Notes: a model not told the origin generated them from the sequence alone. Numbered from the whole stretch's first letter, positions 52,003 through 63,972 are shown. The stretch is DNA of 63,987 bases, filler included, from Octopus bimaculoides (GCF_001194135.2; 7 parts of 6 records of this genome joined end to end with filler, not necessarily neighbours in it); one strand, 5' to 3'. Numbers and translations: made by a program.

Positions 52003-52959
52003 CCCTATTTCCTTCTTTCACCTCCTCTCTGCTAAACTTATATTCTCTGTGTCCAACTCATTTCTAATCATCTGTCACACTATTCCCACTCAACACACTT
52101 ATCCTAGCATCCACCTTTTCTACTCTTCTATGCTGTTCTACCTCCCATATTCACCTTGTTCCTTGACCTCACATCTCCCTCTTCTTCTGTCTGTCTCTCT
52201 GTCTATCTTTGTCTCTGTCTCTCTCTGTTTCTGTCTCTCTGTCTGTCTCTCCTCTCTCTCTCCTCCCTCTCTCTCTCTCAAGCCATGTATTCATCTCTTC
52301 AGCAAGATACCTGCTCCTGTTTGTCCTTCTATCTTAGTTTCTTATCCCTCCATTCTATATCCCTACTCAGTCGAAGGGTCTTTGTCTTGTGGATAATTGT
52401 TGACAAGTGCTGGTGTCACATAAAAAGCACCCAGTTCCTCCTTGAAGTGGTTGGTATTAAGAAGGACATCTAACCAAAATAGACATTTGAACTTAAACAA
52501 AAATAAATACTGGGGTCAATTCATTCAACTAAAAATTCTTCAAGGTGGTGTCCCAGTATGGCTACAGTCTAATGGCTGAAACAAGTAAAAGATAAAGGAT
52601 AAATTAATTTATTGATTACACTGGTTTGTGAAATGGAAACTTTCGAAAATTGCTTGTATATTTGTATGTTACTTTATATATTTTTGTTGTGGTAATTCGA
52701 AATATCAAAAAAGTTCTTTCCCATTACTTAAGGTTTTCTCACAATTTAATAATAAAATATACCATCATTTGTATGTAAAACTTCATATAGCAGGACAAAA
52801 TGTAACTGATAAAAATGAATTTAATACTTTATTTGGCAAAATAATAATATGGCACAAATGCAATTGAAAGGTGAGATAATAGATTTTTAAAGGTTCCATT
52901 CATTTTTTAGGTTCAGCACCTCAAAATCTCTTATTTTTCACTTGGAAACTATGCCTGGA

Positions 52960-54330
52960 ACTCTTTTGCTTATGAGCATTTGATGGACATTCATGATGCA
53001 GCATCTGGCAATAGTCAGCTATCATATTGACATTCCATCTTTCCTGATATCTTCTTTCCATTTCCTTTATGTCATGATGACATCTTTCCTCCTACTTCTC
53101 ACTCACATCCTCCAGATTTTCTGGAAAGAAATCCAAATGTGCACGTTGGAAATAAACTTAAAGCTTATTTTACATCTTAAGGCCTCCAACTTTTCCAGCA
53201 TTCTTCCAAATATATCTTCGTAGTTTGGATCCTGGTGATTATGCAGGAAATTCTTCATCACACCTTTAAAACTAATCCATATGTCTTTTACAGAATCGCT
53301 CAGAGAGTTTTCAAAATTTTCATCCTTGAGTTTCTTTGTATCTTGTTAAACTCACCTTCTTGGTATCTGATAGAGCAGGAAACTTGCTATGTCCTCTCAA
53401 TCCTGTAGCAAAGCTTTTACAGAGTGCTTCATGTGGTCAAGTTTTATATGTAGACGTGGCAAAAAAAAACCCTTTTTGAATCAACCAAACTTTCTTGAAG
53501 GATATTCTTTTTTTCCTGGAGTAAGCATATCTGAACATGGCCATACCTTTATAGACCAGAGGTTTCTGGCTCTGCTGGCCCATTCACACAAGTAACAAGG
53601 AAACTTTGTGTAGTCTGACTGTTGTCCACACTACATGCAAATTACTTTCAAGTTTCTACAAATCACCTTTAAATGATCTATGAACTTAATCTTTTGTAAG
53701 GGTGACACCAAATTTTCATATGTATCTTTCATGATCCCTCAGTATTCAACATGGATGAAAGCATATTTATTACCATTATGTAGTAAAACAGCTTTAAGGC
53801 TTCCCACCAAATTTGGCATAATAAGATTTTAACAACAAATTCGGTAACTTTTCTTAGTCATAAATTTGCCACAAATGTAACAAAAGTTATCCAGGTTTAC
53901 TGCACATTTAGAAGACATCCTTGCTTCAAATGATGTGAAGGTCTGTTAGGAAAGGGAAAAGGGACATTTTTTTAACCACATATATTTGGTTAACAATTTA
54001 AATGTATACATAATATCAAGGAAGCATTGAAATATAACATGATACAATAAAACAATAAAAAGGCATGAAGGAATAACTGAAATGAAAACAGATACAACAA
54101 CATATGTAAACAAACTTTTTTTTTTTTTTGGTAGCTTCAAATGTGTACCGCATCATACAGACAGGAAAGTAATATTTTGAACGTAGTCATGAACTTGTCA
54201 CAAATGTAACAAAAATGAGTCAGGCTTGCTTCCCATTTAGAAGACATCCCTGCTTCAAATGATGTGAAAGTCTGTAAGGACAGGGGAAAGGAACATTTTT
54301 TAACAGCATATATTTTGTCTGTGTGATATG
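52960..54330 (-). pseudogene. Decayed DNA transposase, CMC superfamily Chapaev3-like, with tandemly duplicated 5' end
   Basis: 'MSSKCAVNLDNFCYICGKF', 'SLKAVLLHNGNKY', 'YTKFPCYLCEW', 'LHIKL', 'DFFPENLEDVSEK*EERCHHDIKEMERRYQERWNVNMIADYC'. The transposase relic is clear; the subfamily name is from recall. Confidence 0.75.
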
Positions 54331-54639
54331 ATACACATTCGACATTACCAAAAAAAAAAAAAAAGTTTGTTTATGTATGTTGTTGCATTTCAAAAGAAGC
54401 TATGGAATTAGCATTTAATATGGTGGAAATTGTTTTCAGCAGGGAATTTATCTTAATTGGTAGAGTACTCAGCTGGTATCTGAGAGGTGCAGGTTCGAGT
54501 CCCATGGCTGTCTGGTGACAACTTTTTCCATCATACAAAGGTAAAAACCCAATCTTTCAGCTGTTTTCAAGGTTATACTGTGTTTGAAGTATTACTTTGT
54601 TGTCTGTTAAAAACATGCCACATTCCAGGGAGAGAAACT

Positions 54640-55143
54640 AGAAGTAGTAGATAGCTTCCGTTACCTAGGTGACCAAGTAAGTAGCGGGGGAGGGTGCTCT
54701 GAAAGTGTAGCTGCTAGAATAAGAATAGCCTGGGCAAAGTTCAGAGAGCTCTTACTTCTGCTGGTGACAAAGGGTCTCTTGCTCAGAGTAAGAGGCGGAC
54801 TGTATGATGCATGTGTATGAACCGCTATGCTACATGGCAGTGAAACATGGGCCGTGACTGCTGAGGACATGCATAAGCTTGCAAGAAACAAAGCCAGTAT
54901 GCTCCAATGGATGTGTAATGTCAGTGTGCATACTTGACAGAGTGTAAGTACCTTGAGAGAAAAGTTAGACCTAAGAAGCATCAGATGTGGTGTGCAAAAG
55001 AGATGATTGCGCTGATATGGTCATGTAGCAAGAATGGATGGGGATAGCTGCGTGAAAAAGTGCCACACCCTAGCGGGTGTGGGAACCTGTGGAAGAGGTA
55101 GACCCAGGAAGACCTGGAATGAGGTGGTGAAGCACAACCTTCG
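54640..55143 (+). pseudogene. RTE-clade LINE 3' ORF fragment
   Basis: 'FRYLGDQVSSGGGCSESVAARIRIAWAKFREL...MLHGSETWAV...YGHVARMD...GRGRPRKTWNEVV'. Confidence 0.9.
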
Positions 55144-55276
55144 CTTGTGCCATCTTCCACTTTTAGGTGGTTGACTTAATCTGTTGTTCAGTTTAATACT
55201 TCTACATGGGTCTTGAGTGCTTTTTATGGAGTTAGCTCTGTTGCAATGCATTCAAACCAGGTCTCTAGTTTGAGGG

Positions 55277-55492
55277 TTAACTCTTCAGCATTCAAACCAG
55301 CCAAAATCCAGTCTGTTTTATCTCAAAATTGACCAGGCTTGATCTTTCACACCTACCCTACAATGTCATTCTAAAAATAAATAATTACACTATGAAAATC
55401 TTGAGGCTACCAGATAATGCTTGATTAATTCAAAACACTGTGAATAAATGAATATTGCATTTGACTGAGTAATCTGAATGCCAAAAGGTTAA
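55277..55492. mobile_element. piggyBac-like MITE
   Basis: TTAA at both ends, decayed TIRs 'ctcttcagcattc / gaatgccaaaagg'. Same family as 45132-45571 in the opposite orientation. Confidence 0.75.
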
Positions 55493-58400
55493 ATCCTTCT
55501 CTTCCTCCATTAGTCTTGAAAATATTAGCTTCGGGATGGGGATGCTTGCAAGGTGTGTGTGCGTGTGTGTGTGTGTGTGTGTGAAAAGATGCAAACTTTG
55601 GGAAACTTTGTGGTGTCATTTTTTAATAAGATCCCTTCAGGCTTTATATTAGTTTAGGGCCTCACAAACTATATCCAGTATTTCACCATCCTTTCACCAC
55701 CACCATCATCATTATCACAATCATTTAACATCTGTTTTCCATGCTGGCATGGGGTGGACAGTTTTACAGGAACTGGCAAGCTAGAGAGCTGCACCAGGTC
55801 CCATTGCCTTCTTTGGCATGATTTTTATGGCTGGATGCCCTTCCTAATGCTAACCACTCCACATAGTGTAAAGGGGTGCTTTTTATGTAGCACCAGCATT
55901 AGTACTTTTAGCATGGCACCAGCATTGAGTGCTTTTTATGTGGCACCAGCACCAGTATCAATTCTGCTGTGGAAGATGGGTCTTTTTGAGTACAGCAGTG
56001 CACCAGATATCTCAGTCCCTCGTCATCTCCTTCGTAAGACTCAGTGTCTTGAGACCACTTTAAACTTAAAACTAAACTTAGAGCCTCACAAACTCGAAAT
56101 TCGGTACTGATAGTATTCCATTAAACAAAACCTGTTTCCCTAAATATTTCTGATACAGCATTGTCAGACCCTTTGAAATTATTCCAACCAACAGAAGATC
56201 GATCTGAATATGAACTGCATTAATCTCTGCGTTTAAGGGTTTGGATAGGAATTCTAAAAGTTATAGGCATTCGTTCTTCTCATCTAATTAAATGAAAAAG
56301 AAATTGTTGTAGACATTTGTTGGGTAAAACAAATATTTCTGCCAAGATCATAGTAATTCACAAGAAGACATTGCAAATGGAAGACATTGCAAATGGAAGA
56401 CATTGCAAGTGGAAGTCCTGTCTAATCTCTGTCTTAAAGAATCCCATTAACTACAACCAAACAGGATGGAGCTCTTTAAATACATCCAGAATAATCAGAA
56501 ACCCATTTATGTATAATAAAAATGTATGAAACATTGCAAGTGAGAGGCATAAATTGTTTTGTCTTATCTCTATCTTAAAGAATCCCAATAACTACAATTA
56601 AAATGACAGAACTCTTTTATGTACATCCGGAATAATCGGAAAGCTGTTTATATATTATAAAAATATATGAAACATTATTTCATTCTTTCTTTTCCCAAAT
56701 CTAATGGATTGAATTCAAATTTTTTCCTTGTCTGTAACCAACAGAATTTTTAGTATTGGATGACATTTCAAAAGGTCAGGTTGTTTCATAAGATGCTCAA
56801 GTACGACTTTTGAAGAATTTCATGGAAGAATAACGATTATTTTCACAGAAAGCAGTTCTTTTAGAGTGTTGAATAAACCGGTGGAACTTATCAATGAGTG
56901 AATAAAAGTTTTTTTCCAGCGAATTCATATTTCCTTGATGTCTAACTTCATCAATGTTTTATTATTCCACAGTATTTCTATTATATCTAGTTCAATCAAT
57001 GTTCTCACAATTCTATAATAGTTCTATTATATCTTACTCTATTAATTCTGTAAGGTTCCTGAAATATCTCCTATTCTGGTGTATTTCTATGATGAATGCT
57101 TTTTTAGGGCCAACCTTGGAAAAGGAACCACAAAAACAGGTTGGTATCTTCCTAATCTTCAATACCAGTCCTTTATTCTTACATTAGTTCAGTTACCCCT
57201 TTTCATACCACTTCACCAGAAACCACCACTGGTCCCTTGATACAAATGTCCTGTTTTAAAGTTATGTAAATTAAAGCCTTCCATCAAAATTTTGTTAATT
57301 TATTCTTCATTGACAGTTCAATGATGACAAAGTTATGCAAAATTTTTCATTATATTTTTCATAGACACATGCTTGGCTACATGGTAAAAAAGCTTGCTTC
57401 TCAACCACATGTTTCTGGCTTCAGTCCTACTGTGTGGCATCTTGGATAAATATTTTCTATTGCAGCCTTGGTCTGACCAAAGCCTTGTGAGTGGATTTGG
57501 TAGACAGACACTGGACTATCACTGCTATTGTGCTTCAGCTAGAACCAAAACATGTTCATTATATTCACTGGTTGGTTTTAAAGACCAGATCTAATTCCTT
57601 GAGTGTGGTTTCTGATTTTAAACACCTTCAGAGGGAAAATTTTTCCATTAATTGTATGCATCATCTCTATCATATTTTAACCTCTCATCCCCTGGCAAAA
57701 AGCCACCTCCTTCAAAACTCTACCCAACTTAACAGAGCAGGACCTTTCTCTTGCAAGATACTTGGTGACGTCAATGGTGCTGGTGCTACATAAAAAACAC
57801 CCAGTACACACTGTAAAGTGGTTGGCATTAGGAGGGGTGTGCAGCTGTAGAAACTATACTAATGTAGACAGCAGAGCTTGGTTCAGTTCTCTGGCTTAAC
57901 AATTCCTGTTCAACCCTCCAACTCAAGCTAGCAAGGAAAACAGATGTGAAATGGTGATGATGATGGTGATGATATTTATTACTATATTTTTGTTGTTTGC
58001 AATTGTAATTAGTATTGTTTTTGTTATTGTTGTAGATGATTTTGTTACTGTTACTTTTGTTGTGTTTATTTTATCATTCTGCCAACTGAATAAATAATGG
58101 CTAGTGGGTGTATATGTTTTATTACAGTTCATCTGATTCAATTCATTGTGACACTATTACCAGTCTATTTCTATTCACCTGCGTGCATGGATACACGTGC
58201 TTGCCAGTTTGTCTGGTCATTGACATGCACACATGAACACACACACATGCATGCAGACACACACACACACATGCAGACACACACACATGCACACACATAC
58301 ACATACACACATACACACACATACACACATACACACACATACATACAAACAAATGCCTTAAACAATGATTAAATGATGATGGATATGTATTTATATACAC

Positions 58401-58558
58401 ACACATATGTACACACACTCTCATATACACTCTCACACATCTGTATGATATTTCTGCATAAATTTGAATACACATGTGCATGGTTTTATATATATATATA
58501 TACAGAAGGCTTGTGTTACATGGTTAAAGTATATATTTATATATATATATATTTTCAG

Positions 58559-58601
58559 ACCGGAGCGAACACGTTACAATGAAGTAGAGAAATTTGAAAA
58601 G
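58559..58601 (+). CDS. Possible internal exon cut by scaffold end: (R)PERTRYNEVEKFEK
   Basis: 'attttcag|' acceptor; only one frame is open up to the gap; CpGs retained, whereas the flanking scaffold is CpG-poor. Confidence 0.35.
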
Positions 58602-58701
58602 NNNNNNNNNNNNNNNNNNNNNNNNNNNNNNNNNNNNNNNNNNNNTTAATTAATTAANNNNNNNNNNNNNNNNNNNNNNNNNNNNNNNNNNNNNNNNNNN
58701 N
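58602..58701. other. Artificial scaffold join
   Basis: N44-TTAATTAATTAA-N44. Confidence 0.95.
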
Positions 58702-58736
<35 letters not shown>

Positions 58737-58796
58737 AAGTTATAATTAAAATTTAAAATAAATTTTACATATATATACATATATACACACATGCAG

Positions 58797-58835
<39 letters not shown>

Positions 58836-60361
58836 AAACTTCATGGAGAGATAGCGATAAATTTATAGGTAGATAGATAGGGAGAGAAAGAGAGAGAGAG
58901 AGATAGATAGGGAGAGAGAGAGAGAGAGAAAGAGAGTGAGAGAGAGAAAGAGAGAGAGAAAGAGAGATAGATAAATAGATAGATAGATAGGTTTCTTTAT
59001 TAGCCACACAGGGCTCAACACAGAGGGGACAAAATACAAATGTAGAGTTTTTCTTTTCGAGGGGGTCGAAAACAAAGCAGAAAAAAAACAAAAATAGGTA
59101 GATAGATAGATAGATAGATAGATAGAGTGAGNNNNNNNNNNNNNNNNNNNNNNNNNNNNNNNNNNNNNNNNNNNNNNNNNNNNNNNNNNNNNNNNNNNNN
59201 NNNNNNNNNNNNNNNNNNNNNNNNNNNNNNNNNNNNNNNNNNNNNNNNNNNNNNNNNNNNNNNNNNNNNNNNNNNNNNNNNNNNNNNNNNNNNNNNNNNN
59301 NNNNNNNNNNNNATTATAAGGACAATTGGGCCCATTATCGCTGCGAATGTTATATGGATAGTGGCTGTTCTAGCCATGTTTGTTTTTTCTCTTCTTTTCT
59401 CAAAAAATACAAGAGGCAGAAACTATTCGGATATATATATATATATATTTTTAAGTGTCAGTCTATATAAAAAAAAAAGGCCAGTTAAAGCCAGAATCAT
59501 ACATACCACAAACACATAGTCATACCTATATATAACATCACACAAGCAGAAGAAAAAAGAATGAGAAAAATTTAGAGCGAAAGATGGAGATATTAGTCCT
59601 TTTGGTTCGTTTGTCTTTACCGTTCGTGTTTATTATTATTGTAAGCCTCTTTTTTTCAGTAGACTCAGATACTACCTTACTATTGTTGCAGGTGTGTCCC
59701 AAATGTATGTCACTTGTCTGTCACCCCCGTCTGCCACTACTATCATCTACCTTTAACTACGTAAAAATATTTGTCGTCACAAAACCAGCTTTAGCTATTG
59801 GCCTACAGGCCTGTTGAATACAACACCCGCACACTCATTCGCACACACGATTTGTGAGTGCGCGCACTCTCACAATTATACCCATAGACAACCATCTCTT
59901 ACTCACAAACACACACACACACACACACACACAAACACTCGCGCACTCACACACACTCGCACATTCACGCAAAAATATACACATACACGCAAATTCACAT
60001 GTGTACATACTTTACTTTTGGAGGTAAAACACTATAATTTATTTACAGGTCCCGAATTCCGTGTATAGTCTATCTATCTATCTATCTATCTATTTCCTCT
60101 CTCCCCTCTTTCTCCCTTTCTCCCCTCTCTCTCCCTTTCTCCCCTCTCTCCCTTTCTCCCCTCTCTCTCCTTTTCTCCCCTCTCTCTCCCTTTCTCCCCT
60201 CTCTCTCCTTTTCTCCCCTCTCTCTCCCTTTCTCCCCCTCTCTCTCTGCCTCTGTCTCTCTCCATCTCTCTCCCTCTTTCTCTCTCTCTCCCTCTTTGTC
60301 TCTCTCTCTCCCTCTTTGTCTCTCTCTCTCCCTCTTTGTCTCTCTCTCTCTCTCTCTCACT

Positions 60362-60393
<32 letters not shown>

Positions 60394-60499
60394 CACACAC
60401 ATTATCTATGTATAGTAACATACATAATCTCACTGACATAAAATTCAAACACACACACAAACGCACACAGTAAGGACGAATGGCACCCATCGTCACCTT

Positions 60500-60561
<62 letters not shown>

Positions 60562-60946
60562 TTTCTCTATTTGTAATGAGAGCAGTACATCAGGGTCTTA
60601 TATATACAGGATACGGTTTTGCATTTCCTAACCTCTTAGTCCCGTGTTCAAACTCACTGAATGGCACTTTGGACAAGTTTTCTTTTGTAATAGCTCTAGG
60701 CCAACCAAAGCTGTGTTACAGGATTCCGTAGACGGATATGTATATATCTGTGCGTGTACGTGTGTGTGTGTGTGTGTGTGTGTATCTTTGTGTTTGTACT
60801 CTCCACCACCGCTTGACAACCAGTGTTGGTTTGCTTACGTCCCCATAATCTAGCGGTTCTGCAGAAAGAGACTGACAGAATACATAGCAGGCTTAGTAAA
60901 AAAAAAAAAAAAAAAGCGATGGCGATGAATTTCTTGGACGAAACTG

Positions 60947-61108
60947 CAGGCGTGGCTGTGTGGTAAGAAGCTTGCTTCTTAACCACATGGCTCCGGTTTC
61001 AGTCTCAGTGGCGTGGCATCTTGGGCAAATGTCTTCTGTTTCAGCCTTGGGTCGATCAAAGCCTTGTGAGTGGATCTGGTAGACGGAAACTGAAAGAAGT
61101 TCGCCGTA
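60947..61108 (+). mobile_element. SINE family A 5' half, fused to Dong-like fragment
   Basis: Head 'gcaggcgtggctgtgtggtaagaagcttgc...ggtttcagtctc' through 'gaaagaagttcgccgta'. Confidence 0.85.
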
Positions 61109-61597
61109 AGGTCACAGAAAACGAGAAAGCAACCATACTCTGGGATATGCCAATACACACAGATAGAGAAATTAAGGCAAATAGACCAGATATAGTTGTC
61201 AAAGATCATGAAGGAAAAAAATGCCTTCTAATTGATGTTTCAATACCAGCAGATGACAACGTTTCTCTAAAAGAAATGGAAAAACTTTCAAAATACAAAG
61301 ACCTGGAAATAGAGATAACTCGAATGTGGAATCTAAAAACAGAAACAATTCCTATCATAGTAGGTGCCTTAGGTATAATAAAAAAATATTCAGACAAATA
61401 CATAACAAAAACACCAGGACTTACAAATATATATAACATACAGAAAATTGCACTACTGGGTACTGCACACATTCTACGCAAAGCACTTTCAATACAGTAA
61501 ACATAAGAGCACCACAGCAAACCACAGCACATACCCAAGGCGCACAGAGCTGCGCTCGGTAGTGAAGTGAAAGCACGTTATAAAAATAAAACTACTG
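61109..61597 (+). mobile_element. Dong-like lineage 1 3' end with uninterrupted restriction-like endonuclease frame
   Basis: 'ILWDMPIHTDREIKANRPDIVVKD...IDVSIPADDNVSLKEMEKLSKYKDL...IVGALG...GTAHILRK'; stop at 61500; 3' UTR followed by (AAT)n. Confidence 0.9.
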
Positions 61598-61616
61598 AAT
61601 AATAATAATAATAATA

Positions 61617-62148
61617 GATGCAGTACCAGGCAGTTTCTCTCATGGCTTTTGATCTTAACTGATTGGACGTGCTATCATGTACATGCTTTGTCTTGGTATA
61701 GAAGATGGGCTACAGAAAATATTCTGCTCAATACCACAGATTTGCTTGTCAGTTGTTTGACCTTAACAAGTTGAGCATGTCCCTTAGTGGCTGATATGTG
61801 TATCTCTGATCATGAGCAGGAGTAGTGGGGGAGCATCATAGCCATGCGTTGAAAGGAATTCTGTGGGGTTTGGATAATTCACCTTTGGAAACATGGGTGT
61901 TTCGTTCAACATCCTCAAACAACGCTTATTCAGAGATCTCTTGAGCGGGATGGGCTACTTGACCTGAAGAAAATTCTAACTGAGCCCCACCTACAAGGTC
62001 ACGCGCCGTTTATTTTGATATGAGATCACCATGTCACGCACATATGGTTGTGATGCATGTGCCTGGTGCACCCTTATCAGACGGGTATATTGGGTTTCGT
62101 ATATTTTAACCCAGTGTCACTTTGATGGTATGCGCTGCCCTCTCACTC
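61617..62148 (+). mobile_element. Non-coding element family F flanked by (AAT)n on both sides
   Basis: Homologous to 26033-26430; 'aataata|gatgcagtacc ... ctctcactc|aataataat'. Confidence 0.8.
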
Positions 62149-62192
<44 letters not shown>

Positions 62193-62246
62193 TAATAATA
62201 ATAATAATATTAGGACTGCTATGACTCCTCTGAAGGGAATATGTAA

Positions 62247-62373
62247 ATAAAGAAGAAGTGTTCTATAATTAAATTTGCTGAATGATATTTCGGTATCTCG
62301 AGTACCCGCTGAAGGTACACGAGATACCAAGATATCGTTCAGCAAATTTAATTATGGAACACTTCTTCTTTAT
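62247..62373. repeat. 127-nt near-perfect hairpin
   Basis: 60-nt arms with 55 Watson-Crick pairs, 3 G-U and 2 mismatches; 7-nt loop CGCTGAA. Confidence 0.9.
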
Positions 62374-62391
62374 AATAATAATAATAATAAT

Positions 62392-62732
62392 AGCTCCTAC
62401 TCTGCGAAACTTTTTATCTGTAAGTATGAGATCATGGAGAACCACACTGATGTTGAACAATGACAATGAATCTCTAAATGCTGGAGATGTAAGAATTTCA
62501 TGTGGCATTTTCCAGGGTGACTCACTATGACCACTCCTCTTCTGTCTAGCCCTAATACCGCTCTCAAAATTGCTCAATGATGCACAGTATGGTTATAAAA
62601 TATTTGATAAAAATATAAATCATCTCATTTACATGGATGATTTAAAGCTCTTTGCAAAAAATGACCAACAACTCAAAGGCCTACTAGCGATTGTTAAACA
62701 ATTCAGTGATGACATCAGGATGCAATTTGGCC
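62392..62732 (+). mobile_element. Dong-like reverse transcriptase fragment starting after (AAT)n, cut by scaffold end
   Basis: 'MRSWRTTL...CGIFQGDSL*PLLFCLALIPLSKLLN...INHLIYMDDLKLFAKN...FSDDIRMQFG'. Confidence 0.9.
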
Positions 62733-62832
62733 NNNNNNNNNNNNNNNNNNNNNNNNNNNNNNNNNNNNNNNNNNNNTTAATTAATTAANNNNNNNNNNNN
62801 NNNNNNNNNNNNNNNNNNNNNNNNNNNNNNNN
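62733..62832. other. Artificial scaffold join
   Basis: N44-TTAATTAATTAA-N44. Confidence 0.95.
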
Positions 62833-63888
62833 CATCTTATTGTTTCTTTTGTCTCTTCATTGATTGTATGTTTTTATTATTTCTTTTTTTAATTTGTTAT
62901 ATTAATATATTTGTCTGCATGTGATTACTTTATGTGCATTTCAATATTATGTATACCTGTCATGTATTTGTGTACATCATTAATATATAAATGCATGTGT
63001 ATGTGTGTATGTGAAAAGGGGGCGTCTGTCTCCAAGACTTCAAAGTTGAGTAATGTTTTTATGTTTGGATTTGTAAACTATGATAAAAAAAACACTGATA
63101 ACATTGGTCAACAAAGAATTTGTCTGAAGAAAAAGAATACATGTATCTTATATGTTTTGCATGCAGAATTTAAAATATTGTCAAATTATCTGTACTAAGT
63201 TCACATATTCCATTCACCTTCATAATGCCAAGAAACTGTATTAAACATCACAAACAACTTTTGCTACATATGAAAAATATGTAAAATACTAAGACAATTG
63301 ATGAAAAATATCTATAATAAAATTCTAATTGATAAATATAAATTCTTATTAAAACAAAACATGCGGGTGAAGTAAATCTTGTGGTGTGAAGAATCAACAA
63401 TGCTGGTGAAACACAGCACAAGGTGCAGTTGTCATGGTAACAAGCTGTTAATGCCTCGCTGTCTGTTGATTGGCTAAAATTACCCAAATTTCCCAACTTT
63501 AGTTCCAAATGAGATCAGATTCTTTAATTTACGAGACAAAGTAATTGGTTGATCGTAATCAAAATTCAGAGTTGCATTGATAGACCAAAATTGAAAGCAA
63601 TACGAGCAAAATTAAAGGGGTCTCATTTTGAGAATGAGAAAGATGAGATCCAATTCCTGTTTTACTTGAAGGAGAACCTCATAGTCATTCAATATCTAAA
63701 AACTTGTATAATATCTTTATGATTAAATATTAGGAATTGTATAAAAAAAAAATTGTTAAAATATAATGTATTGTAGAAATGTAACCAAATAATTGCATAT
63801 CAATAGCAAAATCTTGCATGGACCCTGGTTGAGAACCCCTGGGTTAGAGATTAAAAATAGAAAGAGGAAAGAAGGCTCAAGTTCTTAC

Positions 63889-63972
63889 CTTTTCATAAAG
63901 GGAATGAAACTCATTGTAGCGTCGAAAGATGAACCATGTACGTCCAGCAGAGTTGACCACAACTTTATAGAC
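63889..63972 (-). CDS. sgk3: Internal exon of a PX-domain protein, most like serum/glucocorticoid-regulated kinase 3: VYKVVVNSAGRTWFIFRRYNEFHSLYEK
   Basis: Acceptor 'ttgttctatttccag|', donor '|gtaaga', 84 nt, phase 0-0. VYKV..WF[IV]FRRY.EF matches the SGK3 PX domain; SNX16 is a weaker alternative. Confidence 0.8.

Noticed and set aside
56365-56675. Short tandem duplications (about 16-bp x3 and 140-bp x2)
   Set aside because: Diverged, non-coding local duplications with no further structure.
59584-59817. ORF with a signal-peptide-like hydrophobic start
   Set aside because: T-rich DNA gives hydrophobic translations by chance; splice signals are ambiguous and there is no domain match.
63380-63500. 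Intronic CCAAT box as an internal promoter for a PX-less kinase isoform
   Set aside because: Only a single motif, with no credible coding first exon following it.
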